This document shows positions 27,715 through 37,840 of a DNA stretch of 64,000 nucleotides, one piece after another. The notes beneath the pieces are model-generated. The model ran no database searches, was not told where the DNA came from, and worked only from the letters and a program-made list of their open reading frames with translations. Position numbers and translations under genes: made by a program. The stretch spans positions 2,080,001 through 2,144,000 of the forward strand of contig OZ243913.1 of the NCBI GenBank assembly GCA_965213705.1, read 5' to 3'. Each line of letters begins with the position of its first letter. The stretch's first letter is position 1. The DNA comes from Trueperaceae bacterium. Lineage in GTDB: Bacteria; Deinococcota; Deinococci; Deinococcales; Trueperaceae.

Positions 27715-28734
27715 TCAGTCGGGTTGCGACAGGTGTTCCATAATCCGCCGCCTCACGATTTGCGGGCTGCCCATACGGCGGCGCAACTCCGTCTCGAGCG
27801 CCCGCGTCGGCAACAGTTGCTGCGGCGCGCGCGGGTCTTGGTGCTGCAAGCTGGCGAAACGGGGCAGGACGAGGGCTAACCAGTCGGCGAGGGCGCGCAC
27901 CTCTTGCAAGCGGTCTTCCGGACGCGTGGAGGCGTAAGCTTGCAACCGCACGACGCCCGCCAAGCTGTAAAGCCAGGGCCGTGGGTCGCGCAGCCGCAAA
28001 AACCACTCGAAATACTGCTGACTCTTGTCGTTGCCCGTGACCAGGTAAAGGGGCGAGCGCTGTTTTTCTTCCAGACCCCTCACCACGGCCAACTGTTCCT
28101 CGGTAATCTTGACCTGGTGAATCGTCTTGACGTAGCCCACCATGTTTCTGACGAAGCCGGAGCGCGGCAACGGGCCGTCGGTGACGACGAGTGCGCCCGG
28201 GTGCGCGTCTATCAAGCGGGCGGCAAGCCGTCTTTCGGTCTCGAGCATGGCGAACTGGATGCGCCGCACCACGGCGTCGGCGTCGCGTTCGTCGGTCGAT
28301 TCGACCACGTACTCGAGCGCGCCCAACCGTCGGCGCAGCCGCGACACCAGCGAAAACGTCGGCAGCGTGTGTCCGCTGCCGACGGCGCAGAGCCGGGTCA
28401 CGCCCTGAAAGCTCAGGTCGCTCAGGTTCAAGAAACCGGCCGCCCGAGAGCCTTTCGAACAGCAGTCCACCACGCCGACGCCAAAGCTGCCCAGCGCGCC
28501 GAAGGCAACTTGTTTGCGGTCGTCCTCGAGCAGCACCCGCGCCTCCAGACGCCGCGTGCCGTCGGTAAAAAGAAGTTGCGCGAAGGGCACGTCTCGGGAG
28601 GGCTGTGGGGTGACGGCTCGCCACTCGCGGTATTCGGGCGTGGCGTCCACGTTTTGACGCTCGTCTTCCAACACTTCTTCGGCGTGGTAGGCGGTGTCGT
28701 ACTCGGTGGCCCAGGGGTCGAGTCTCAGTTTCAT
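27715..28734 (-). CDS. nurA: DNA double-strand break repair nuclease NurA
   Basis: MKLRLDPW, DGTRR, DGPL, GYVKT, DPRAPQQL; TATACT 8 nt before ATG. Confidence 0.85.
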   Translation of the reverse strand: MKLRLDPWATEYDTAYHAEEVLEDERQNVDATPEYREWRAVTPQPSRDVPFAQLLFTDGTRRLEARVLLEDDRKQVAFGALGSFGVGVVDCCSKGSRAAGFLNLSDLSFQGVTRLCAVGSGHTLPTFSLVSRLRRRLGALEYVVESTDERDADAVVRRIQFAMLETERRLAARLIDAHPGALVVTDGPLPRSGFVRNMVGYVKTIHQVKITEEQLAVVRGLEEKQRSPLYLVTGNDKSQQYFEWFLRLRDPRPWLYSLAGVVRLQAYASTRPEDRLQEVRALADWLALVLPRFASLQHQDPRAPQQLLPTRALETELRRRMGSPQIVRRRIMEHLSQPD

Positions 28735-28885
28735 GTTTGGGCAGTATACCAACCCAAAAACTAAATATTAAAGTCGGATGTCTTCAGGTTTGAGAAAGTA
28801 GCTCCAAATCACCTTCCCTCGCGATTCACACAAATAAGTTAAACTCGTAGTGGAAGAAATTACTTCAGGTTGAGGGAGTCGAACC

Positions 28886-30013
28886 GTGAACATGTTGACA
28901 AAAACTTGGACCTTACTCACGCTTACCCTGCTTGCATTTACGCTGACGGCCTGCAGTTCCGGGGGCGGCGGACCCGTCCAAGGCAACCCGCCCAAAGTTG
29001 CCACCTTTGCCGCCACGCCCAACCCGGCCACGGCGGGCGAAGCGGTTACTTTCACCTGGACGGTCTCGGGCGACCTGGACAGCTGCCAACTCGATACCGA
29101 CGACGGCAAAGTGTTCGACCTCGACGCCAATACCTGTAGAACAACGACCATCCAGGCTTACACCTACGCCACAGCCGGCACCTACAGCGCTTCTTTTCTA
29201 GCCGAAGGTGCTACCGAAGCCAGCCGTAAGGTTGATGTCGTCGTGCAACCGAAGTCCGGCGGCAACCCGCCCCCGGCCAACGGCCAAGACCTCGTCGCCC
29301 TTATCAACTATCCTCAACCGGCCCTGTCTTTTTTCACCTACAGCGCGCCCGACCCGGACAACGAACTTCCGGCGACCAAAGTGCCCATCACCAACACGGG
29401 CGGCGACGTAGAGATTGCCGATGTCGGCCCGGACGGAAACCTTTACGGGTTGACGGAAGAGGGTGACGACATCGTCATTTACACCCTCAATCCCGACACC
29501 GGCCGAGCTACGCGCGGTGCGGTCGTGAAGTCACCGGTGTTCAGCCTGATCAGGTCGGCGGGCGACATCAGCCCGGACGGCTTTTTCTGGCTGTTTTCTC
29601 CCGGGCGGCGTGACATCTATTTGAAAGTCAACCTGCAAACGGGCGAAGCTACCGAGGTTCCGCGGCCCAGCTTTGCCAGTGACGACGTTTACGCTTCTCG
29701 GGGGCAGGCCGTAGTGTCCAGCTTCGCGTTTCAGGCAGACGGTTCGGCCCTTTACATCGACGACTCCGGCTCGAGCCGCTTGCCTGTTCTGGCCGTCGAG
29801 CGCCCGGCAGGTAGCGGCACGCTGAGAACCATTGGGTTGCTCAATACCGACGTTTCTTTCGACGCTTTCGAGGTTGTAAACGGCAAAGGCTACGCCGCCA
29901 ATGCTTTTGACATCTATACTGTCGATATAGACCCCAACTCTCCCACGGCGGGGACCGCCACCTTAGTCGCTGACTTTCCCGACCAAATTGCTTCCCTGAC
30001 GACGTTGAAGTAG
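28886..30013 (+). CDS. Putative lipoprotein with Ig/PKD-like domain and probable beta-propeller
   Basis: Lipobox LTAC; VTFTW...YTYATAGTY; repeated NPDTG/NLQTG and PDG turns. Confidence 0.7.
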   Translation: MNMLTKTWTLLTLTLLAFTLTACSSGGGGPVQGNPPKVATFAATPNPATAGEAVTFTWTVSGDLDSCQLDTDDGKVFDLDANTCRTTTIQAYTYATAGTYSASFLAEGATEASRKVDVVVQPKSGGNPPPANGQDLVALINYPQPALSFFTYSAPDPDNELPATKVPITNTGGDVEIADVGPDGNLYGLTEEGDDIVIYTLNPDTGRATRGAVVKSPVFSLIRSAGDISPDGFFWLFSPGRRDIYLKVNLQTGEATEVPRPSFASDDVYASRGQAVVSSFAFQADGSALYIDDSGSSRLPVLAVERPAGSGTLRTIGLLNTDVSFDAFEVVNGKGYAANAFDIYTVDIDPNSPTAGTATLVADFPDQIASLTTLK

Positions 30014-30195
30014 GAACACTGTTGAAATAAGGGCAACGCTGCAGTAAGGCTAAACCCATAAAATTGACATCGTGCGGTTGCAGCCGCACGATGTCTAGGT
30101 TTGTCGCCACCGAACCTCAAGCCGCACAGCAAAACCTGCGCTGAATCACGTGCACCTCCGACCCGCTTCAGTCCAAGCGGTCACGAACAACCGTC

Positions 30196-32592
30196 TCACT
30201 TTCCCTTCGGCAGCAACTTCAGCGCTCCCACCGCCCCGCTCTCTATTTCAGTTCGGTTTGTGGTCATCGGCAGGTACTCGACGTCGCGCCACTTTGCTAA
30301 GAAGTCCTGGTAGTGCCGCGACAGCGGGTTGCCGGACTGGCCGGTCGAGTGAACATAGAGCGACTTGTCGAGGTCGCTCAGGTCGTAAACTGCCCGGTAG
30401 CCGGGGCCGTGGTTGTCGCGGAAGGGCGCGCTGGAGCCGAGGCTGAAACTGCCCACGTTGACGGAATTGGCGCTGCCGCCGACCTCTATGCTCAGGTCGA
30501 ACAGGGGTGCGAGCGGCGTGTTGGTCATGACGGCGTGGTCCATATGGGCGACGTGCGCCGCGCCCCAGCGCCACTCTTCGGGGTTGCCGTAGGTTTCGGT
30601 GAGGTAGGCGAGCCCGTCGGAAAGTGCCTGTGCTGCTAAGTCTTCACAGCTTTCCCGGTCCGGCGTGCGGGTGTCGTCGCACCAGTCCGTTTTTGGACTG
30701 CCCGCAATTGCCGAAAGCATAAATTGCGAGCGCACCCCGTAGTAGTCGCTGAACTGTTCACCCAAATCGTCTGAAAGCACCAGGCGCACCAGCGCCCGGT
30801 ACCAGGCCCAGAACAGTAGCGGCTCGGCCCTGTCCGCGCGCATCGTCCCGTCCCAGTCGCGGAGTTTGGCGAGGGCGGCGCGGCCCGTTTCCGTGGTGGG
30901 TTCAATTGAGAGCAGCAGCGGCAAAAAGTCCAAGCTCATCGCGTCCAGCTGGTCGGCTTGAATTTGGGTGAAGCTCGAGACGGTGTGCTTTTGCGTCTGC
31001 GCCAACAGTTCACCGATGCGCTCCGCCCGGTAAGGCGGTGCCCAATCCGTGGTCAGAAAGTAAGGGTAGGCTTCGGGCACGACCCGGTTGTTTGCGGTGA
31101 CGACCAGGTCGTTTGGCGGGTTGTAGGCGTGGGGCAGGTCTTCGAAAGGAATGTACCCCATCCAGTCGTACTCACCCGTCCAACCCGGCACGGGCGCGAG
31201 CCCGTCGCCCGCGGCTCGTACCGGCACCTTGGCGGGCGCGTAGTAGCCGATGTCGCCGCTCGTGTCGGCGTAGACGATGTTTTGCTGCGGCACCTTGAAG
31301 TTTTTCAGGGCCGCCACGAACTCGTCCCAGTCTTGGGCCTTGTTCAGCTCGAGGCCGGCCTGTAGCGTCAAGTCTTCGTCCTGCAGCGCCGTCCAACTTA
31401 GTGCCAAAACGTAGGTATCGTTTGTGTCATCGCCTATTTCCTCGACCGCGCTCGCCGACGCCGCGTTGACGTCGGAGATGACGGGACCGTGGCGCGTTTC
31501 GCGCACGTTCAACACGACGTCGTCCGCGTCTTTGACCTTGACAGTTTCCTGGCGTTCTGTAAAATCCTGGTAACCGTCCGGCGTCAGGTACTGCGCCGGG
31601 TTTTCGGGGTTGACCTGTTCGATGAACGTGTCTTGCACGTCCGGCCCGGTGTTGGTAAAACCCCAGGCGACGCGCTCGTTACGGCCCAGCAGCACCGAGG
31701 GCGTACCCGGCAGCGTCGCCCCGATGACCTCCAACCCCGGCGCGCTGAGGTGCGCGAAGTACCACAAGGACGGCGCTTGCAAGCCCAAGTGCGGGTCGTT
31801 GGCGAGGAGTGGCGAACCGCTCTCGGTACGAGCGCCGCCCACGACCCAGTTGTTCGAGCCCGCCCCGGCAACCAGTCCGTCGAGCGAACCCGCCCACACA
31901 CCCGCAAAGTCCAGCTCGCGGTAGAGTGCCGTAAAGTCCGGCAACGCGACGGGGGCGTCCTCGGGATAGGGCGGCCACAGTTCGGCGATTTGCTCGGAAC
32001 TCAAAACCTGCGCCAACCGCGCCCGCAACACCTCGTCGCGCCAGTTGCCGCTCAGGTCGTAGGCCATCATCTTCGTCCACACGACCACGTCTGCGAGGGT
32101 CCACGGCTCGGGTTCAAAACCCAGCACCAGAAACTCCGGCGGCAGCGCGCCGCGCCGCGTGTCCAAAAACGTGTTGATGCCGCTCACGTAAGCGTCCAGC
32201 GTGGCGAGCGTTTCCGGGCTGAACGCCCCAAGCGCCTTTTCAGCGTGGCGGTAGACGCCGAGCGTGCGCAAAAAAGTGTCGGTGGGCAGCGTCGCCTCGC
32301 CCAGCACTTCGGACAGGCGGCCCGCGCCGACGCGGCGCTGAAACTCCATCTGCCACAGCCGGTCTTGCGCGTGGACGAAGCCGAGCGCGAAGTAAGCGTC
32401 TTGTGGCGTTTGCGCGTAGATGTGCGGCACGGCGTAGCGGTCGCGTACGACCTCGACGGTGTTGCTCAAACCGGGCAGGTCCAGGGTGCCCCGCACCTTG
32501 GGCAGCGAGCTGCGCAGGTAGATAAAACCGCCCAGCACGGCGAGGATGAGGACAAAAACGAGGACGAGCAGCCCGCGGAAAAGACGCATCAT
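30196..32592 (-). CDS. Penicillin acylase family protein (Ntn hydrolase, peptidase S45)
   Basis: VPHIYA, AQDRLWQM, GSNNWVV, ANDPHL, GQSG; N-terminal membrane anchor. Confidence 0.94.
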   Translation of the reverse strand: MMRLFRGLLVLVFVLILAVLGGFIYLRSSLPKVRGTLDLPGLSNTVEVVRDRYAVPHIYAQTPQDAYFALGFVHAQDRLWQMEFQRRVGAGRLSEVLGEATLPTDTFLRTLGVYRHAEKALGAFSPETLATLDAYVSGINTFLDTRRGALPPEFLVLGFEPEPWTLADVVVWTKMMAYDLSGNWRDEVLRARLAQVLSSEQIAELWPPYPEDAPVALPDFTALYRELDFAGVWAGSLDGLVAGAGSNNWVVGGARTESGSPLLANDPHLGLQAPSLWYFAHLSAPGLEVIGATLPGTPSVLLGRNERVAWGFTNTGPDVQDTFIEQVNPENPAQYLTPDGYQDFTERQETVKVKDADDVVLNVRETRHGPVISDVNAASASAVEEIGDDTNDTYVLALSWTALQDEDLTLQAGLELNKAQDWDEFVAALKNFKVPQQNIVYADTSGDIGYYAPAKVPVRAAGDGLAPVPGWTGEYDWMGYIPFEDLPHAYNPPNDLVVTANNRVVPEAYPYFLTTDWAPPYRAERIGELLAQTQKHTVSSFTQIQADQLDAMSLDFLPLLLSIEPTTETGRAALAKLRDWDGTMRADRAEPLLFWAWYRALVRLVLSDDLGEQFSDYYGVRSQFMLSAIAGSPKTDWCDDTRTPDRESCEDLAAQALSDGLAYLTETYGNPEEWRWGAAHVAHMDHAVMTNTPLAPLFDLSIEVGGSANSVNVGSFSLGSSAPFRDNHGPGYRAVYDLSDLDKSLYVHSTGQSGNPLSRHYQDFLAKWRDVEYLPMTTNRTEIESGAVGALKLLPKGK

Positions 32593-32614
32593 TTTCAAAG
32601 CCTCCGAAACTGAA

Positions 32615-32655
32615 CCAGTTTACCGCGCTCGAGTGTACCAAGCGCGGTAAACTGG
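32615..32655. promoter_or_regulatory. 15-bp perfect inverted repeat between pilT and the acylase gene (terminator or operator)
   Basis: CCAGTTTACCGCGCT-N11-AGCGCGGTAAACTGG. Confidence 0.6.
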
Positions 32656-32694
32656 ACAGAACAACGTCGGAGAGCCGAAAACGTTTGCTTGGGC

Positions 32695-33873
32695 TTAAAT
32701 GCCCCGCCCACCCCGGCCCGGCGCGGCGCTCGGCGCCGGCCTGGTTGCGGCCGGCTGGCTTTGTCCGGCCGCCCCCGCTACGCCGCCCGACTCGACCAGC
32801 CGCGCAAACTCTTTGGCGTCGACCGAGCGCTCGATGCCGGTGTTGTAACTGATGATACGTCGCAAGTGCATCTCGGCGAGACACGCGTCCATCGTGACCA
32901 TACCGACTTGACCGCCCATCTGAATTTGCGACAAGATTTGGTGCGTTTTGCCCTCGCGGATGAGGTTGCGCACCGCGGGCGTCGCCATCATAAACTCGTA
33001 GGCCAGAACGCGCCCGTCACCGCCGGCGCGCGGAACGAGTTGCTGGGTCAAAATGGCGACGAGGTTGTTGGCGAGCTGTACGCGCACCTGTTCTTGCTGC
33101 GCTTCGGGGAACACGTCGATAATGCGGTCGACCGCCTCGGGCGCGGAGTTGGTGTGCAAGGTGCCCATGACCAGGTGCCCGGTCTCGGCCGCCGTCACCG
33201 CCGCCCCGATGGTTTCGTGGTCGCGCATCTCGCCTACCAAAATAACGTCGGGGGCTTGGCGCAGCACGCTCCGCAACGCTTTGGCGAAATTTTGCGTGTC
33301 TTCACCGATTTCGCGCTGGTTGACGATGCACTCTTTGTGTTGGTGATAGAACTCGATAGGGTCTTCAATCGTGACGATGTGTTTGTGATACTCGCGGTTG
33401 ATGAGGTCTATCATGGTGGCGAGCGTGGTCGACTTGCCCGAACCCGTAGGCCCGGTGACCAAAACGAGGCCGCGCGGCTGCCGCGCCACGTCGCCGATGT
33501 GTTTGGGAATCCCCATTTCCTCAAAACTCAGGATGTTCTCGCTGATGGTCCGCAATACCCCGCCGACCGAGCTGCGCTGAAAAAACACGTTGACCCGAAA
33601 GCGGCCCTGGCCGGACAAGCTGAACGAGAAGTCGAGTTCGCGCGTCTCTTCGAAAATCCGCTGTTTTTTCTCGTCCATCATGGAGTACATCAGGCGGCGG
33701 GTAGTGGTGGGCGTCATGACTTCGAACTCGGTGGTTCGCCATTCGCCGCTCAGACGCAGCATCGGCGGCAAGCCCACGGTAAGAATAAGGTCCGAGGCGC
33801 GGCGTTCCATCGCCAAGCGCAACAGCGTAACGATGTCGACCTGCATCTGGGTCGCTTTGAGTTGGTCAGCCAC
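32695..33873 (-). CDS. pilT: Type IV pilus retraction ATPase PilT
   Basis: GPTGSGKST, TIEDPIE, LRQAPD, TLHT, AVRNLIRE. Confidence 0.95.
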   Translation of the reverse strand: MADQLKATQMQVDIVTLLRLAMERRASDLILTVGLPPMLRLSGEWRTTEFEVMTPTTTRRLMYSMMDEKKQRIFEETRELDFSFSLSGQGRFRVNVFFQRSSVGGVLRTISENILSFEEMGIPKHIGDVARQPRGLVLVTGPTGSGKSTTLATMIDLINREYHKHIVTIEDPIEFYHQHKECIVNQREIGEDTQNFAKALRSVLRQAPDVILVGEMRDHETIGAAVTAAETGHLVMGTLHTNSAPEAVDRIIDVFPEAQQEQVRVQLANNLVAILTQQLVPRAGGDGRVLAYEFMMATPAVRNLIREGKTHQILSQIQMGGQVGMVTMDACLAEMHLRRIISYNTGIERSVDAKEFARLVESGGVAGAAGQSQPAATRPAPSAAPGRGGRGI

Positions 33874-33966
33874 TTTCTACTCCTTAAACGCCGGCGTGCG
33901 AAAAGCTCTTTTTTGCCGTCCGCCCCCGCCCTCGCCAAAGACGGTTTTTCAGGTTTTGCCGGCAAC

Positions 33967-36627
33967 CTAGTCGGAGGTGCGCGCGAGCACCTCTTCTAAG
34001 GTCGTGATGCCCTGAAACGCCTTGTGAATGCCGTCGTCGCGGAGCGTGCGCATTCCGTTTTTGACGGCGATGTCTTTAATGATGTTGGCCGGGGACTCGC
34101 GGGCGATGGCACTCTCCATCTCTTCGCCGACGGCTAAAAACTCGTGGATGCCGTAACGGCCGTTGTAGCCCGAGCCGCTGCACTTTTCGCAGCCGACACC
34201 CCGGTACAGCAGCTTGCCGCGGATGTCCGCCTCGGACACGCCTATGCGCCGCAACACGTCGGGTTCGGGCGTGTACTCGACCTTGCAGTTGCCGCACACC
34301 TTGCGGACCAAACGCTGCGCCAGCACCCCGATGAGCGAGGCCGAGACGTTGAACGGTTCGACGCCCATTTCGGTGAGCCTTGTCACCACGCTCGGCGCGT
34401 CGTTGGTGTGCAAGGTGGCGATGAGCAGGTGACCGGTCAGCGCCGCCTCGACCGCAATTTTGGCCGTTTCGGTATCGCGAATCTCGCCGACCATGATGAT
34501 GTCCGGGTCTTGACGCAAAAACGCGCGCAACGCTCGAGCAAAGTCCAGACCCGCCTTGACGTTGACTTGTGTCTGGTTGATGCCCGGAATCTCGTATTCG
34601 ACCGGGTCTTCGACGGTCGTCACGTTGACCTCGGGCATCGCCAAACGTTTCAGGATGGAGAACGTGGTAAAAGACTTGCCCGAACCCGTAGGGCCGGTAA
34701 TCAAAAACATGCCGTAGGGTTTTTTGATGACGTCGGAAAAAGCCTGAAAATTGTAGTCGGCGAAGCCGAGCTGTTCGATTTCGGGAATCGAAGACGCCTT
34801 TTTTAGGATGCGCATGACCGACTTTTCGCCGTAAACAGTCGGCAACGTGGAGAGTCGCAAGTCGACCTCGACGTTTTTGTCCTTGAAACGCACGCGGCCG
34901 TCTTGGGGCATTCGCCGTTCGGCGATGTTGAGCCCGCCCATAATCTTGATGCGCGCAGCCATCGCGCTCGCGGCGGCGCGCGGCATCGTCATGTACTCGC
35001 GCAGTGACCCGTCCTTGCGCACGCGCACCAGCACGCGGTTGGGCTGCGGCTCTATGTGAATGTCCGAAATATCGTTGAGGACCGCTTCGCGGATGATGCT
35101 GTTGACGATTTTGACGAGCGCGTTGTCGTCGATGGCGCTTGTATCCTCGGCTTGTTCTTGTGCCCGCCCGCCGACCTCTTCCAAAACCGTTTTGGTGAGT
35201 TCGTCCATGTCCTCGCCGCCGCGGTAAAAGCGGTTGAGGAGGCCGCTCAAGGCCTCTTCGGTGGCGACGGCGGGTTGGATTTCCTTGCCGGTGATAAGCC
35301 GAATGTCGTCGAGGGCGAACACGTGCCGGGGGTCTTTCATGGCGACGACGAGGGTATTGCCTTCCAAGCGCACCGGCATCGCGCTGTAGCGCCGCGCGGT
35401 CGCTTCGGGCACGAGCGTCACCGCGTAGCTGTCGACCTTGGTGGTACCTATGTCGATGTACTCGTAGCCGAGCTGCATCGCCAGACTTTTGGCGAGCATT
35501 TCCGGGCTGATTTTACCCGACTGTACGAGCGTGTCTTCCAAGCGGCCGCCGCCCGAGCGTTGCCGGTTGAGTGCGTCGTCGACGTCGGTCTGGGTCACGT
35601 AGCCTAAGTCGATGAGAATTTCGCCCAGCGGTTTGACGCGCCCGAGCTTGTTTTGCTCGTCCAAGGCTTTGCGCAACTGTTCGCGCTTGAGCTTGCGGTT
35701 TTGCAGCAGGGTCTCGCCCAAACGGCCTTTGTTGTCGGCGTACATCGTTTCAATCCGCTGCAACACGGCCGTTTCGGGGCTGACGACAAAGCGGAGCGGA
35801 CGTTGTGCGATGGCTTCTAAGTCCGGAATACGCCGGGGGTCGGCCAGGGCGATGATGAGGTCGTCTCCGTCTTCCCGGTAAGGCACGGCGTTGAACTGTA
35901 CCGCGTCGAAGCGGAGCAAGTTGGCGGCCAAGGCTTCGTCGAAGGGCGCGTCTGAAAGTTTGGCAACGTAGTCGACACCGACCTGTTCGGCCAACAACGT
36001 CGCCAGCTCTTCTTCGCTCAACAAGCCTCTCGTGATGAAGATGCGGCCCAACAGACCGCCCGTGCGACTTTGTTCTTCGACGGACTGCCGCAACTGTTCG
36101 ACGCTGATAAGGCCACGCTCGACGGCCAAGTTGCCGAGCCGCTGGCTGACGTCGACCTCTAAGTCCTGGGGCGGCTCGAGCCCCAGTTCCGGATAGTGCG
36201 TGGCGACGGCCCACTGCAGCTCTTTGCTGAGCGCTTGGTACGGCTCGACCGTACACCCCGACGCGTCCTCGACCTCTTCTATCGCAAAAGCGTCGAGCGG
36301 GTCTTCAAAAGCGACGCGTAGCCGGTTACCCTCGAGCGCAAACGGAAACGCGCCCACCTCGAAAGCCAAGTCTGCCGGGACTTTGCTCAGGGCTTCGTGC
36401 ATGACCTCGACCCTGGGCAACACGACCAAGGGAATCCCGATAGACTCTTCGACCGCTCGAGCGATTCTCTGCTCGGAAATAACCCCGATGTTGACCAAAA
36501 TATCCGCCAAGCGCCCGCCGACCTCTGAATGCCGACCGATGGCTTGCTGCAACGCCTCGTCGTTGACGTAGCCGCGCTCCAACAGCACAGCGCCCAAGCG
36601 TTTGTCGCCTATAGAGAGAACGGCCAC
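33967..36627 (-). CDS. pilF: Type IV pilus assembly ATPase PilF/PilB with N-terminal GSPII/MshEN repeats
   Basis: MAVLSIGDKRLG start, about seven RLGxxL-like motifs, GPTGSGKS, LRQDPD, CxxC...CxxC; 886 aa. Confidence 0.93.
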   Translation of the reverse strand: MAVLSIGDKRLGAVLLERGYVNDEALQQAIGRHSEVGGRLADILVNIGVISEQRIARAVEESIGIPLVVLPRVEVMHEALSKVPADLAFEVGAFPFALEGNRLRVAFEDPLDAFAIEEVEDASGCTVEPYQALSKELQWAVATHYPELGLEPPQDLEVDVSQRLGNLAVERGLISVEQLRQSVEEQSRTGGLLGRIFITRGLLSEEELATLLAEQVGVDYVAKLSDAPFDEALAANLLRFDAVQFNAVPYREDGDDLIIALADPRRIPDLEAIAQRPLRFVVSPETAVLQRIETMYADNKGRLGETLLQNRKLKREQLRKALDEQNKLGRVKPLGEILIDLGYVTQTDVDDALNRQRSGGGRLEDTLVQSGKISPEMLAKSLAMQLGYEYIDIGTTKVDSYAVTLVPEATARRYSAMPVRLEGNTLVVAMKDPRHVFALDDIRLITGKEIQPAVATEEALSGLLNRFYRGGEDMDELTKTVLEEVGGRAQEQAEDTSAIDDNALVKIVNSIIREAVLNDISDIHIEPQPNRVLVRVRKDGSLREYMTMPRAAASAMAARIKIMGGLNIAERRMPQDGRVRFKDKNVEVDLRLSTLPTVYGEKSVMRILKKASSIPEIEQLGFADYNFQAFSDVIKKPYGMFLITGPTGSGKSFTTFSILKRLAMPEVNVTTVEDPVEYEIPGINQTQVNVKAGLDFARALRAFLRQDPDIIMVGEIRDTETAKIAVEAALTGHLLIATLHTNDAPSVVTRLTEMGVEPFNVSASLIGVLAQRLVRKVCGNCKVEYTPEPDVLRRIGVSEADIRGKLLYRGVGCEKCSGSGYNGRYGIHEFLAVGEEMESAIARESPANIIKDIAVKNGMRTLRDDGIHKAFQGITTLEEVLARTSD

Positions 36628-37103
36628 TCTGACCTCCTTAAAAGTGCAGCTTCCAGCTTGCGAGCCGCGCGCGTGTGGGGCAGGCCTCCTGCCGAAAGAG
36701 GGGTCACCAAGACGCTCGTCAAGCCCGCCAAGTTCGCGCCCAAGACGTCGGTAAAAAGTTGGTCGCCGACCATCGCCGTTTCAAAGGCTTGGCTGCCCAA
36801 CAGGGTCAGGCCGCGCCGAAACCCGAACCAGAAAGGCTTGCCGACCAAAGCCAACCCGGGCACGCCCAAGGTCTGCGACCACTGCCGCACCCGCCGCGGT
36901 TGACCGTTGCTCAAGATGAGCAGGGGCACGTCGGCAGCTTTGAGCGACCCGACCCAGTCGTGAAAGCTGGACGTGATGTCAGGGCTGTTCGACGCGACGA
37001 GGGTGTCGTCCAAGTCGACCATCACCGCGCGTATCCCGTGGCGGTTCAGCACCGCAGGTGCGAGGTCGTGAACGGCGTCTATCATGAGATCGGGCCTCAA
37101 CAC
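36609..37103 (-). CDS. yqeG: YqeG family HAD IIIA phosphatase
   Basis: DLDDTLV, LSN, KP, VGDQLFTDVLGAN. Confidence 0.9.
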   Translation of the reverse strand: MLRPDLMIDAVHDLAPAVLNRHGIRAVMVDLDDTLVASNSPDITSSFHDWVGSLKAADVPLLILSNGQPRRVRQWSQTLGVPGLALVGKPFWFGFRRGLTLLGSQAFETAMVGDQLFTDVLGANLAGLTSVLVTPLSAGGLPHTRAARKLEAALLRRSEWPFSL

Positions 37104-37297
37104 TCTGGGTGCAGTCTAGCACCGCCGGTTGCGGGGCAGAGATAAGATATTTACTACGCTGTCCCCGTTGGCAAAAAATGAAAAACCTTACCCCCCAAAG
37201 GTTTTTAGCTGCACTCGCCGTTTCGCCCTGTGGTCAACCCCACGCACCGGCGCCGCTTTCTGTGGTATGCTCACTTCATGTAACCGCCATATTGTGT

Positions 37298-37326
37298 AGG
37301 GCAAGGTGTTCGCACCTTGCCCTTTG
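37298..37326 (+). terminator. Terminator-like hairpin in the leader of the DUF4258 gene
   Basis: AGGGCAAGGTG-TTCG-CACCTTGCCCT then TTG, downstream of TATGCT (37266-37271). Confidence 0.65.
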
Positions 37327-37389
37327 TGCTACCGGCCGCAGACCTTTTAAATCTTCAAGCCAGCAGTCACCACAATCCAGGAGGCAACC

Positions 37390-37440
37390 ATGAGCGAATC
37401 TCGGTTTATCAGCAGCAGACACCGCGAGGACGCCTTATGA
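37390..37440 (+). CDS. Putative 16-aa leader peptide MSESRFISSRHREDAL
   Basis: AGGAGG RBS; its stop overlaps the DUF4258 start (ATGA). Confidence 0.5.
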   Translation: MSESRFISSRHREDAL

Positions 37441-37829
37441 AACGCCCCAAAATAAGAACGCTGGAAGAGTTGCACCCTCACGTCAAAGCCGGGCGCTACC
37501 GCATCTGTTCGCACGCGACGAAACACGCGACCTGCGAAGGCTTTACCGAGTCCGACATCGTCGGGGCCATACTCTACGGCAAAGAGCTGTTGCGCTACAC
37601 CCAAGACGAAAGACTGCTGGCGCTGGGGTACATGCACCCCAGTCCCACGGTCAAAATCCCGCTTCACGTTGTTTTGGAGTACGCCAAACCCAGGTGGGTC
37701 GACGTGGTGACCGCGTTTATCCCGCAAGAAGCGCACCGCGTGGTCTCGAGGGCGCGCCTGGCCCAAATCCTCCGCCACGACCGCCACGAGCCGAACGTGC
37801 GCGAGGTCGGAGTAAGCAGTTGGGGCTGA
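37437..37829 (+). CDS. DUF4258 domain protein
   Basis: YRICSHA...GFTESDI...PLHVVLEY...VVTAFIP pattern. Confidence 0.78.
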   Translation: MKRPKIRTLEELHPHVKAGRYRICSHATKHATCEGFTESDIVGAILYGKELLRYTQDERLLALGYMHPSPTVKIPLHVVLEYAKPRWVDVVTAFIPQEAHRVVSRARLAQILRHDRHEPNVREVGVSSWG

Positions 37830-37840
37830 TTCGGCAGGGA

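Noticed and set aside
33967..36627. Unusually long pilus ATPase
   Set aside because: Matches the known Thermus PilF architecture with GSPII/MshEN c-di-GMP-binding repeats.
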